Shown piece by piece: positions 1-7,603 of a stretch of DNA of 32,000 bases. The DNA comes from an uncultured Clostridia bacterium (GTDB lineage Bacteria; Bacillota; Clostridia; Christensenellales; Aristaeellaceae): assembly GCA_937907055.1 (NCBI GenBank), contig CALCTW010000094.1, forward strand, positions 7,638-39,637. The letters are read 5' to 3'. The notes beneath the pieces are model-generated. The model worked only from the letters and a program-made list of their open reading frames with translations, did not search any database and was not told where the DNA came from. The first letter of the stretch is position 1. Every line of letters starts with the position of its first letter. The position numbers and the translations under genes are program-made.

Positions 1-370
1 CACGGGCCTTGCGCTTGCCGTATACGACCTGCGCGCCCTCCTTCCATTTTGCCGCCATCTCGGGGATCACCTCCGGCGGATCCTGCAGATCGGCGTCAAT
101 GATGACGATGGCATCGCCGGCCGCGTAATCAAGACCGGCAGACACAGCGTTCTGGTGTCCGGCGTTCCTCGCGAACATAATGGCCTTCACATGATTATCA
201 GCCGCCGCCAGCTCACGCAGAATGGCAGCCGTACGATCCCTGGAACCATCGTTCACATAGAGGATCTCATAGGTCTCATTCATCTGCCGGAGCACGGCCG
301 TCAGGCGCTTGTGCGTCTCCTGCAGCACCGCTTCTTCGTTGTAACAGGGTACGATCACAGAATAGGTCAT
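1..370 (-). CDS. Glycosyltransferase family 2 (partial; about 123 N-terminal codons, continues past window start)
   Basis: My own minus-strand translation from ATG at 368-370 gives MTYSVIVPCYNEEAVLQETHKRL...YVNDGSRDRT...IIDADLQDPPE. These are the classic GT-A/GT2 motifs seen in bactoprenol/dolichol-phosphate sugar transferases. A strong RBS (AAGGAGGG) lies 5 nt upstream. The ORF is absent from the track because it is truncated by the window edge. Confidence 0.8.
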   Translation of the reverse strand, partial: MTYSVIVPCYNEEAVLQETHKRLTAVLRQMNETYEILYVNDGSRDRTAAILRELAAADNHVKAIMFARNAGHQNAVSAGLDYAAGDAIVIIDADLQDPPEVIPEMAAKWKEGAQVVYGKRKAR

Positions 371-384
371 TTCATTCCCTCCTT

Positions 385-1416
385 TTACAGGACACGAACG
401 AGCAGGTTTTTCTGCTCATCAAATTCCAAAGCGAGGATCTTTTCTTTTTCAAGCTGTTTCAGCACATCGCTGAAGCGCTTGAAGCCGATGGTCTTTTCAG
501 CAAAATCGGGGTATTCCGTCTGAATATCCGCCTTGAGGATGGAAGGATTGATGCGTTCAAAGCCGTCTTCCTTATAGCGGCGGAGCTGTTCCCTGAAGGC
601 GTCACGCCAGTTATCATTGGTCAACTGATTCTTCTGTTTATCCGCTTCCTGCTCTTCGGGATTGAGCGAGACAAGCACATTGTAGTTATCATTTTTGACA
701 CGGATGGTGCCGTATTTGGTGACCAGCTTGTTGAGCAGTTTGCCAAACGAGGCGCAGCCGTAGTTCTTTTCATTGAAATCCGGCCGCAGACGCATCAGAG
801 CGCCCTTGAGCTCACTGGCATACATTTCTTCATCATCGCTGCCGCCGGACAGAATGCTCTCGATCAGCTTGCACAGCTCCTGCTCATCAAGGAAGCCGGA
901 TTTGCTGTTATTCTTCTTTCCGTTCTTGCTGCGGGAGGAGGAGGAAGAAGAGGACACGCTTTCGAGAAACTGGAATTCATTGCAGGCATTGATAAAGATG
1001 GAGCTCGCGACCTCGCTTCGGGAGATACCGAGCACGAACTTTCCCATGGATTTGAGCCGGCCGACAAGCGGGGTGTAATCACTGTCACCGGAAACGATGC
1101 AGAAGGAATCGATCAGCGGATTGGTATAGGCCACCTCCATGGCATCCAGCACCAGCTGGATATCCGCGTTATTCTTCTGCGAGATGCCGTAGCGGATGGA
1201 GGGCACGACCGTGAAGGTATTGGAAAGCAGGATCTCTTTCAGATCCGAAAAACGATCGGTATAGCCATACACCTTTCCAAGCAGGATATCGCCGCGGATC
1301 TTCACTTTTTCAAGGATATTATTCAGGGTAGCGACCTTCGCGCCGCAGTTTTCAAGATCAACGAATAAAGCAAATTTGGATGTACTCAAAAAATAAAAAT
1401 TCCTTTCAGATAACAT
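385..1416 (-). CDS. NYN (LabA-like) nuclease domain protein with poly-Ser linker and two OST-HTH/LOTUS-like modules
   Basis: 343-aa ORF. The N-terminus (FALFVDLENC...VSGDSDYTPLVGRLKSMGKFVLG) matches the NYN/LabA fold signature. It is followed by a SSSSSSSRSKNGKKNNSKS linker. Two repeats then carry the LOTUS-like pattern (...YGCASFGKLLNKL..., ...IGFKRFSDVLKQL...). The start is uncertain: ATG 1414-1416 has no good RBS and abuts the dnaN terminator, and an in-frame TTG at about 1387-1389 is an alternative. Confidence 0.8.
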   Translation of the reverse strand: MLSERNFYFLSTSKFALFVDLENCGAKVATLNNILEKVKIRGDILLGKVYGYTDRFSDLKEILLSNTFTVVPSIRYGISQKNNADIQLVLDAMEVAYTNPLIDSFCIVSGDSDYTPLVGRLKSMGKFVLGISRSEVASSIFINACNEFQFLESVSSSSSSSRSKNGKKNNSKSGFLDEQELCKLIESILSGGSDDEEMYASELKGALMRLRPDFNEKNYGCASFGKLLNKLVTKYGTIRVKNDNYNVLVSLNPEEQEADKQKNQLTNDNWRDAFREQLRRYKEDGFERINPSILKADIQTEYPDFAEKTIGFKRFSDVLKQLEKEKILALEFDEQKNLLVRVL

Positions 1417-1429
1417 GGATCTTCTGAAT

Positions 1430-1464
1430 AAAAAAACAGAAGAGGAGCATCATTCTCCTCTTCT
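1430..1464 (-). terminator. Rho-independent terminator downstream of dnaN
   Basis: A 10-bp perfect stem (1438-1447 pairs with 1455-1464) has a 7-nt loop. It is followed on the minus strand by a T-run (A-run 1430-1436 on the plus strand). Confidence 0.6.
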
Positions 1465-1533
1465 ATTATAGTACAGAAAAACATTGATTTCAAATGCTTT
1501 CTCGGTTTGTTACAGGTGTACAGGTGTTCCAAA

Positions 1534-2685
1534 TCATTTTGCAAACACGCGGACAGGCAGCACCAGGAAGCGGTACTGATCTCCCTCGGCAGGCTTGATC
1601 ATGCAGGGAGAAACATTGGTATTGAAGCACATGGTCATCATATCATCGCCGATGTTGTGCACCATATCCGTCAGATAACGGGCATTGAAGGAAATGGAAA
1701 GATCCTTGCCGTCGATGCCGACATTGATCTCTTCACGGGCATCGCCGCAATCCGCGCTCGCGGTCATGATCAGCTGACCCTCCACGCCGTTTTCATTTTC
1801 CTTTTTGATATTCAGGGAGATCAGATTATTCTTATTCTCCTTGGCGATCAGGGCGCAGCGATCGATCGCCTCATTGAACTGCTTGCAGGAAATGGTGATG
1901 AAGGTGGTGGAGGAAGCGGGCAGGATCTTGCGGTAATCGATGAATTCACCGGCCAGCAGCGTGGCATACAGGGTGACGTCATCAAAGTTGAACATGATAT
2001 GGGAGGTGGAGAACACGATGTTCAGCATCACCTTCTCATCATCGGGCAGCATCTTGGTCACTTCGCTCATTACAGAGCCGGGCACCACGCAGCTGATCTT
2101 ACCGTCCTTCTTATCGGCGGGGATCTCATTTCTGCTTTCCATGCGCTGAAGCGCGAGACGGAAACCATCCAGACCCACAAAGACGATCTGATCCGCGTAG
2201 GCTTCCATGAGCACACCGGTCAGGATCTTGCGGCCTTCATCCTGAGAAACCGCAAAGAGCACACGGCCGACTGCCTGCTTGAACTTGCTGCAGGGGATGG
2301 TGAGACGATTTTCCTCACTGGGCGCGGAGATCTCCGGGAAATCCTCTGTATCGAGGCCCATCATCTTCGTTTTGCTGCGAAGAGAAGAGATATCGGTGGC
2401 ATTGGTGGCATGATCCAGATTGACCTGCACTTGACCGGCCGCCTGCTTGCGCATCACATCGCCGAACAGCTTGGCCGGCAGCAGACCGCAGCCTTCTTCT
2501 TCAACGATGGCGGGAACACGGGATTTGATGGTCATTTCACCGTTGGTGGCTGTCAGGATCAGATGATCGGTATCCGTTTCGATGTAAACGCCCTCCATGG
2601 CGGGAATCACAGCGCGGGCGGGAACAGCATGGGCCACCATGCTCATGCCAAAGTTAATTTCATCACTCAGGACTCTGAATTTCAT
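1534..2685 (-). CDS. dnaN: DNA polymerase III beta sliding clamp
   Basis: 383-aa ORF with clamp-typical blocks: RKILTGVLME, GLDGFRLA, GEFIDYRKILP, FNARYLTDM and a C-terminal YRFLVLPVRV. The RBS AAGAAGG lies about 8 nt upstream of the ATG. Confidence 0.95.
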   Translation of the reverse strand: MKFRVLSDEINFGMSMVAHAVPARAVIPAMEGVYIETDTDHLILTATNGEMTIKSRVPAIVEEEGCGLLPAKLFGDVMRKQAAGQVQVNLDHATNATDISSLRSKTKMMGLDTEDFPEISAPSEENRLTIPCSKFKQAVGRVLFAVSQDEGRKILTGVLMEAYADQIVFVGLDGFRLALQRMESRNEIPADKKDGKISCVVPGSVMSEVTKMLPDDEKVMLNIVFSTSHIMFNFDDVTLYATLLAGEFIDYRKILPASSTTFITISCKQFNEAIDRCALIAKENKNNLISLNIKKENENGVEGQLIMTASADCGDAREEINVGIDGKDLSISFNARYLTDMVHNIGDDMMTMCFNTNVSPCMIKPAEGDQYRFLVLPVRVFAK

Positions 2686-2786
2686 CTAAACAACCTTCTT
2701 TCATGCAGCGATGCGCCGCCGCCCGGTACGGGCAGCAGTAGTGATATTATATATATCTTCATCCATCGTCATATAGGACGGGAAAT

Positions 2787-3147
2787 TGTTGATAAGTGCC
2801 TTCAGGCCGTACAGGACAGGCGTTCGCGGGAATGAAAAGTCTGTGGAAAGCCGGGGAGAAAAAGCGGAAAACCGCTGATCTCAATGCCGATATTGTGCCA
2901 CAAATCGTCCCTGATTGCAAGATGCGCCGGGGGATTTAGAACTTCCGTTACAATTCAAAAACATTTGTCCGCCAGGAGCGTTTCCGCTCCGATAAAAACA
3001 CGGAAGGATCAGGACTTATCCACAGGTGTGGATGAAAAAGGCGCGGAAGAGCGAAACCGGATCATGACGATAAAGAAGGGATAAACGCGGTTTTCGTGCG
3101 AGATGTTTTCCACAGAAAAACGCCCGTTTTTCCACAACTTTTTCACA
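2787..3147. promoter_or_regulatory. DnaA-box cluster in the 464-bp non-coding region upstream of dnaN
   Basis: Matches to TTATCCACA:
- 3016-3024, TTATCCACA (9/9, plus strand).
- 3027-3035, TCATCCACA on minus (8/9), inverted partner 2 bp away.
- 3106-3114 and 3128-3136, TTTTCCACA (8/9, plus).
- 3139-3147, TTTTTCACA (7/9, plus).
- 2787-2795, TTATCAACA on minus (8/9).
- 2842-2850, CTTTCCACA on minus (7/9).
The three direct boxes are spaced 22 and 11 bp apart. Confidence 0.6.
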
Positions 3148-3149
3148 TA

Positions 3150-3797
3150 TTACAGTTCTGTGTCTATTTTATTGACCGGGATGGCTTTGCCCAGCGGCAG
3201 GCTGAACAGGAACATTTCACGGACTTTGAAATTAGTAATTTTTTCCAACGCTGTTCTGTACCAGTTGATCTGCTTGCTGTAATGGGCTAGCAGATCCTCC
3301 GGGAGCAGATGATCGGTCTTGTAATCGACGAGGATCCATTCGCCCTGCTCAAGGAAACAAAGGTCGATGACGCCCTGCAGCAGTGTTCCGCCTGAAATGC
3401 GCATATTGAACGGCCATTCACGCTCGGCACGGACGGAGGAAAGCACCCGCTTTCCAAGATCGGACGAGAAAAAGCTGATCAGATGGTTCTTCTGGATCGA
3501 GGACATCTCTTTTTGCGTGACCAGCCCCTTCTCCAGCAGCTGATTCAGCGCTTTTTCAAGATTTCCTGCCTTTACAAGGCTGTAATCGACGCAGCCGAGC
3601 ACCTTATGGGTGATAGAACCCTTTTCCGCGCCGGTAAAGGTGCGCACTTCTTCAAGGAAACGCGGTTTTCCGCGTTTTACTTCGATATGCCGCTTTGTTT
3701 CAGGGGTCTCCTCCATGTCTTCCTCTGTCTGCCTTTTCTTTGAAAGCGAGGAAACGGAGATCTTGAGCGGTGTTCTTTCAAGATTGGAGCGGGTCAT
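3150..3797 (-). CDS. addA: C-terminal PD-(D/E)XK (RecB-type) nuclease part of the AddA-like protein, as called from the first ATG after the in-frame TAG
   Basis: 215-aa ORF containing GVIDLCFLEQGEWILVDYKTD, the RecB-family nuclease motif. It is in the same frame as 3876-6614. There is no convincing RBS before ATG 3795-3797. Confidence 0.8.
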   Translation of the reverse strand: MTRSNLERTPLKISVSSLSKKRQTEEDMEETPETKRHIEVKRGKPRFLEEVRTFTGAEKGSITHKVLGCVDYSLVKAGNLEKALNQLLEKGLVTQKEMSSIQKNHLISFFSSDLGKRVLSSVRAEREWPFNMRISGGTLLQGVIDLCFLEQGEWILVDYKTDHLLPEDLLAHYSKQINWYRTALEKITNFKVREMFLFSLPLGKAIPVNKIDTEL

Positions 3798-3875
3798 ATA
3801 CCAGATGATGTCCTCGCGGACGGGAATGTCCGCTTCCTGCTCATCAAAGGCGCTTTCCGTGTAGGAGGCGTTGAG

Positions 3876-6614
3876 CTATGAGCAATTCTGATAGTACAAC
3901 TGCCAGCGTCCGCCCATTTCATCGGTGTACGCTGTGTTCGCGTCCTGTTTGATCGCGTCAGCCAGCGGCGCGCTGATCCAGTCCATCATGCAGGAGGCGC
4001 GGAAAACACTGTAATTGCTTTGCGGATAACAGGCCTTCCGGATCAGATTCTCCCGTTTTTTCGGAGATCCGACAAGGATCAGCTTATTTTTCGCGCGGGT
4101 CATGGCCACATACAGCAGACGGCATTCATCGGCCAACTGTTCTTTTTTCTTGCGGAAGGAGAAAGCCTGACGGATGGCGGTGTCTTTTTTCAGGCGTTTT
4201 TCGCCGTCGATATAGCGCAGGCAGCAGCCGAGCTCACTGTCGGTCATCATCAGAGGAGTGTCAGAACGGAAATTGAAGCAAAGCTCTCCAAGGAATACCA
4301 CAGGGAACTGAAGCCCTTTGGACTTGTGCATGGTCATGATGCGCACGACATCGTCTTTTTCGCTGATGGTGCGGGCTGTGGCGGTATTGCCGGAAGAAGA
4401 AGATGTGCGGACGAGCTGCAAAAAGCCGTGCAGATCATGGGACTGCTCGACCTGCCCCGCCTGTTCGCAGAGCAAACGGAGATTTCCCTGACGGAGCTCA
4501 CCGTTTTTCTGCGCGCCCGCGCGGATATAAAGGCCGCTCTCCATGATGAGACGCCAGAGGAAGGTATTGAGAGGCAGCTGGGAGGCGAGGAAACGCCATT
4601 CATCCAGTTTGGCAATGGTATTTTTGATCTTTTCTCCCAGCGTGTCTTCTTTATCATAACCAAAGAAGAGCTGATGGAAAGGAACTTTGCTGCTCTTGTT
4701 CCGAAGACGGATCGCGGCCAGCTCCTGATAGGTGAATTCAAAGCAGGGACAATGCAAAGCCGCCAGCAGGGGCATATCCTGGAACGGATTATCCAGAACG
4801 TGCAGGACGGACAAAACATCCTTGATCTCCGGCAGATCATAATACTGCTCATCGGCGTCGCTGAAAACAGGAATGCCCGCGCCAGCAAGGAGTTTGGCGA
4901 TAAAGGGCGCTCGCTCGGAGGCTTTGCGCAGTAGAATGACGATATCACGGTAGCAGACCTTGCGGGTGGTGCCGTTATCCGGGATGTCCATCCTGCCGAC
5001 GATCTCCTGAATGCGTTTGGCGATATAGGCTGCTTCGTACTTGTAGCCGAAGGAAAGCTCTTCCCCGCCGGTAACTGTTTCATCGGGATCGATGCTGGGA
5101 GATTCGTCCGGAAGATCAAAATCTGTTTCTTCCGCCGGTGTTTTTTCATCGTTGTTCAGCAGCACCACATCCACATCCATGCCTTCCGGCGCGGATTCCG
5201 GCGGATAGAGCATGGCGGCTTCATCGTAATTCAGTTCGGTGACGGAGGAGCGCATGCAGTAGCGGAAAATATGGTTGATGCAGTGCAGGATATTTTTATC
5301 GCTGCGGAAATTGTGCTGCAGAATGATGCGCCGTTCATCGGCATCGGCGTCATCCCTGAAGGCTTCGTATTTATCCTGAAACAGTTTGGGACAGGCCTGA
5401 CGAAAACGATAGATGGACTGTTTTACATCGCCCACCATGAAAAAGAGCGTTTTCGGCCCTAAAACGGAATGAATGATATAATCCTGGATCTGGGATACAT
5501 CCTGACACTCATCCACAAACACGGCGTCAAATTTGGAAGCGACCTGCTCGCGGATCGGATCGTTCTGCAGGACCTTGACACAAAGACGGGAAAGATCGCT
5601 GAAATCCAGCAGGTTTTTCTCCCGTTTATAGTGATCATACAGGATCTGCACACGCTGCGCCAGATGAACGACGGCGCGTATGGAAGGAAGAAGAAACGCC
5701 AGATCGGCCTGAATGGCGGCAGGATCAAAGGGATAGGAGGACATGATCTCATCGATAATGCCCTTGATCTCCTTCCGGAGGTTCTTGTATTCCTCCTTCA
5801 GCGCCGGGTCATTCCCTTCAAAGCCTTTCTTCTTTGCGCTCAGTTTTTCAAGGGAATAACCGTTCTGAATGACGGTATCATGGATCAGATCGTCTTTCAG
5901 GCGCCGAAGCACTTCACGATCCTGATCGAAATTGACCTGATAAACAGTCGGCCCGTCCGGCAGATCGAGCAGCTGATCCTGTCTTGACAGGATATCAAAA
6001 GCACCCTGCAGCAAAAGCCTGCATTTTTCCTTGAGCAGCGGCAGGATCTTTGCCTCAGGATCGGGGTCACAGGCATTTTCCGCCCATCCGTCCGGGTCAT
6101 CGAGCGTGAGCATGAAACCGCGCACCTGGGACACGGCTTCTGAGACCTGTTCATCTGTATAATGTTCAAAAAGAACGGCTTCATCGGGAGTCGGATCCAG
6201 ATAAGCGGATTCAAGCACATCCTCAGAAGCAAGCTGCAGAAAATGATCAAGACGGCCCTGCTGACCGATCTTTGAAAGGGCATCGATCCCGGCTGCCTGA
6301 AAGTGCTCCTCGATGACGCGTTTGCAGAAGACATCGATCGTGCAGATAAAGGAACGGTTCAGGGTGAGGATCTGTTTTTTCAGTTCGATATCCTGACTTG
6401 CTTCCAGTTCCTTGAGCAGACGGTCACGCATTTCTCCCGCGGCGGCGCGCGTGAAGGTGACAATCAGCATACGGTCAAGCGAATAGCCTTCTTTGATCAA
6501 AGAAAGAATACGCTCGATCAGGACAGTGGTTTTTCCGCTGCCTGCCGCGGCGCTGATCAGGATGTTGGGATTACGGGCGTCGACCGCGTTTTGCTGCTGA
6601 AGCGTAAAAGGCAT
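3876..6614 (-). CDS. addA: UvrD/AddA-type ATP-dependent helicase part (ends at in-frame TAG 3876-3878)
   Basis: 912-aa ORF with Walker A AAAGSGKTTVLIERI and UvrD-like helicase blocks (VDECQDVSQIQ, MTMHKSKGLQFPVVFL, LLYVAMTRAKNKL). RBS AAGGAG lies 6 nt upstream of the ATG. The helicase part, 26 read-through codons and the nuclease part together give about 1150 aa, the normal AddA size. Confidence 0.85.
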   Translation of the reverse strand: MPFTLQQQNAVDARNPNILISAAAGSGKTTVLIERILSLIKEGYSLDRMLIVTFTRAAAGEMRDRLLKELEASQDIELKKQILTLNRSFICTIDVFCKRVIEEHFQAAGIDALSKIGQQGRLDHFLQLASEDVLESAYLDPTPDEAVLFEHYTDEQVSEAVSQVRGFMLTLDDPDGWAENACDPDPEAKILPLLKEKCRLLLQGAFDILSRQDQLLDLPDGPTVYQVNFDQDREVLRRLKDDLIHDTVIQNGYSLEKLSAKKKGFEGNDPALKEEYKNLRKEIKGIIDEIMSSYPFDPAAIQADLAFLLPSIRAVVHLAQRVQILYDHYKREKNLLDFSDLSRLCVKVLQNDPIREQVASKFDAVFVDECQDVSQIQDYIIHSVLGPKTLFFMVGDVKQSIYRFRQACPKLFQDKYEAFRDDADADERRIILQHNFRSDKNILHCINHIFRYCMRSSVTELNYDEAAMLYPPESAPEGMDVDVVLLNNDEKTPAEETDFDLPDESPSIDPDETVTGGEELSFGYKYEAAYIAKRIQEIVGRMDIPDNGTTRKVCYRDIVILLRKASERAPFIAKLLAGAGIPVFSDADEQYYDLPEIKDVLSVLHVLDNPFQDMPLLAALHCPCFEFTYQELAAIRLRNKSSKVPFHQLFFGYDKEDTLGEKIKNTIAKLDEWRFLASQLPLNTFLWRLIMESGLYIRAGAQKNGELRQGNLRLLCEQAGQVEQSHDLHGFLQLVRTSSSSGNTATARTISEKDDVVRIMTMHKSKGLQFPVVFLGELCFNFRSDTPLMMTDSELGCCLRYIDGEKRLKKDTAIRQAFSFRKKKEQLADECRLLYVAMTRAKNKLILVGSPKKRENLIRKACYPQSNYSVFRASCMMDWISAPLADAIKQDANTAYTDEMGGRWQLYYQNCS

Positions 6615-6649
6615 AAGATGCTCCTTTTTTTATGGCGGATGATACGGAT

Positions 6650-6678
6650 ATTATAACAGAAGGAGAAAATAATGTAAA
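6650..6678 (-). promoter_or_regulatory. Sigma-A type promoter for the addA-like gene
   Basis: On the minus strand: TTTACA (6673-6678), a 17-nt spacer, then TATAAT (6650-6655), about 35 nt upstream of the addA ATG. Confidence 0.5.
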
Positions 6679-6737
6679 GGAAGCGGAAAGAACGCGGCGG
6701 CCTTCTGAATGGAACAGATGCCGGATAAGCATATCAT

Positions 6738-6753
6738 TGTTCCACGTGGAACA
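6738..6753. promoter_or_regulatory. parS-like ParB/Spo0J binding site (copy 1)
   Basis: TGTTCCACGTGGAACA is a perfect 16-bp palindrome. It matches the Firmicutes parS consensus TGTTNCACGTGAAACA at 15/16 positions and corresponds to a symmetrised TGTTCCAC half-site. Confidence 0.75.
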
Positions 6754-6775
6754 TAAAAAGTGAGTTAATCAGAAA

Positions 6776-6791
6776 TGTTCCACGTGGAACA
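6776..6791. promoter_or_regulatory. parS-like ParB/Spo0J binding site (copy 2)
   Basis: An identical TGTTCCACGTGGAACA, 38 bp centre-to-centre from copy 1 in the same intergenic region. Confidence 0.75.
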
Positions 6792-6816
6792 AAAAAGCGT
6801 CCGCCGGAGCGGACGC
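6791..6816 (-). terminator. Rho-independent terminator of the 174-aa hypothetical gene
   Basis: Stem GCGTCCGC (6797-6804) pairs with GCGGACGC (6809-6816) around loop CGGA. A T-run follows on the minus strand (A-run 6791-6796 on plus). Confidence 0.6.
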
Positions 6817-6926
6817 TGATACGGAACAGTCAGTAATAATATGAGATAAATGACCGATATCGATCAATCGTTGTTACTTTATTATTTTTTATAGAAGAAA
6901 CTGATACGGATCCTTCTGTTTTCGGA

Positions 6927-7451
6927 TCATTTTTCACGCTTGGTCTTCATCAGATCCTTCAGCTGCTTCTGGCTGACCAGCCGGTAAGCCGGCTTGTACA
7001 GCGTATGGTACCGCACACTGTGACTGAGCGGCGCGCAGCGCTTCAGATCATAACCGGCCATGAAGAGCTCGATCTCGACAGGCTCAAACGGCAGCTGTTC
7101 ACGGTCACAAAGCCGTGTGAATTCCTTTACACGGGCGCGGAAGCCATCCTTGGTGCCGCGTTTATTCTCCGCGCAGGCAAGGAAGAGGGAGAGGATCTCG
7201 TCAAAAGTGAGCTTCTGTACCGCGACACGCAGATTCAGACGGCAAAGACCTTCCCCGATGATCTCATAGAGCGGTTCGTTTTCCATCGGCGCGGTCAGCG
7301 TCCTGATCTCCGCGGTCAGCCTGTTCGCGGCGGAGGAAGCGTCCTTGACGATATGCTCGCAGCCGAATTCCAGTTGATAAAGTAGTTTGAGGACATCCTG
7401 TGTTTCCATTTCAGGATAACGGTCCAATTGTTTTAAAATAAGTTCTTCCAT
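6927..7451 (-). CDS. Hypothetical protein (174 aa), no family recognised
   Basis: The ORF track gives 6927-7574. The internal ATG at 7449-7451 is preceded by AAGGAGG at ideal spacing, and the protein then starts MEELILKQLDRYPEMETQDV. Codon usage looks like the neighbouring genes. Confidence 0.7.
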   Translation of the reverse strand: MEELILKQLDRYPEMETQDVLKLLYQLEFGCEHIVKDASSAANRLTAEIRTLTAPMENEPLYEIIGEGLCRLNLRVAVQKLTFDEILSLFLACAENKRGTKDGFRARVKEFTRLCDREQLPFEPVEIELFMAGYDLKRCAPLSHSVRYHTLYKPAYRLVSQKQLKDLMKTKREK

Positions 7452-7574
7452 ATAAAAAGCCTCCTTAAAGCCTTCCGAAGGCCTGATAAAGCAACACCGG
7501 CCTGTAAACATTACAAAAACCGCCTGTTTTGTAACAAAATTATCATAAAATCTTAAGTTTGTCAATTCGGGCAA

Positions 7575-7603
7575 TTGATTTCAGGCTTCCTTTCGGCTAT
7601 AAT
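7575..7603 (+). promoter_or_regulatory. Sigma-A type promoter for lepA
   Basis: TTGATT (7575-7580), a 17-nt spacer, then TATAAT (7598-7603), about 60 nt upstream of the lepA ATG. Confidence 0.55.

Noticed and set aside
1507-2835. 442-aa plus-strand ORF
   Set aside because: It is fully antisense to the clearly conserved dnaN. Its composition is a low-complexity H/G/D/I-rich mirror of dnaN, and it has no RBS. It is a shadow ORF.
2884-3084. 66-aa plus-strand ORF inside the dnaN upstream region
   Set aside because: It has no RBS, atypical composition, and overlaps the DnaA-box cluster. The region is better explained as regulatory or non-coding DNA.
3798-3875. Treating the 78-nt gap between the two addA ORFs as a true intergenic spacer with independent initiation at 3797
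   Set aside because: The gap is open in the same frame as both ORFs. The only GAGG lies about 14 nt from the ATG, which is poor spacing. A split-gene interpretation is less parsimonious than a single interrupted gene.
7511-7534. Inverted repeat TTACAAAA-N8-TTTTGTAA as a terminator
   Set aside because: No T-run follows on either strand, and it lies in a divergent promoter region. If it is anything, it is more likely an operator.
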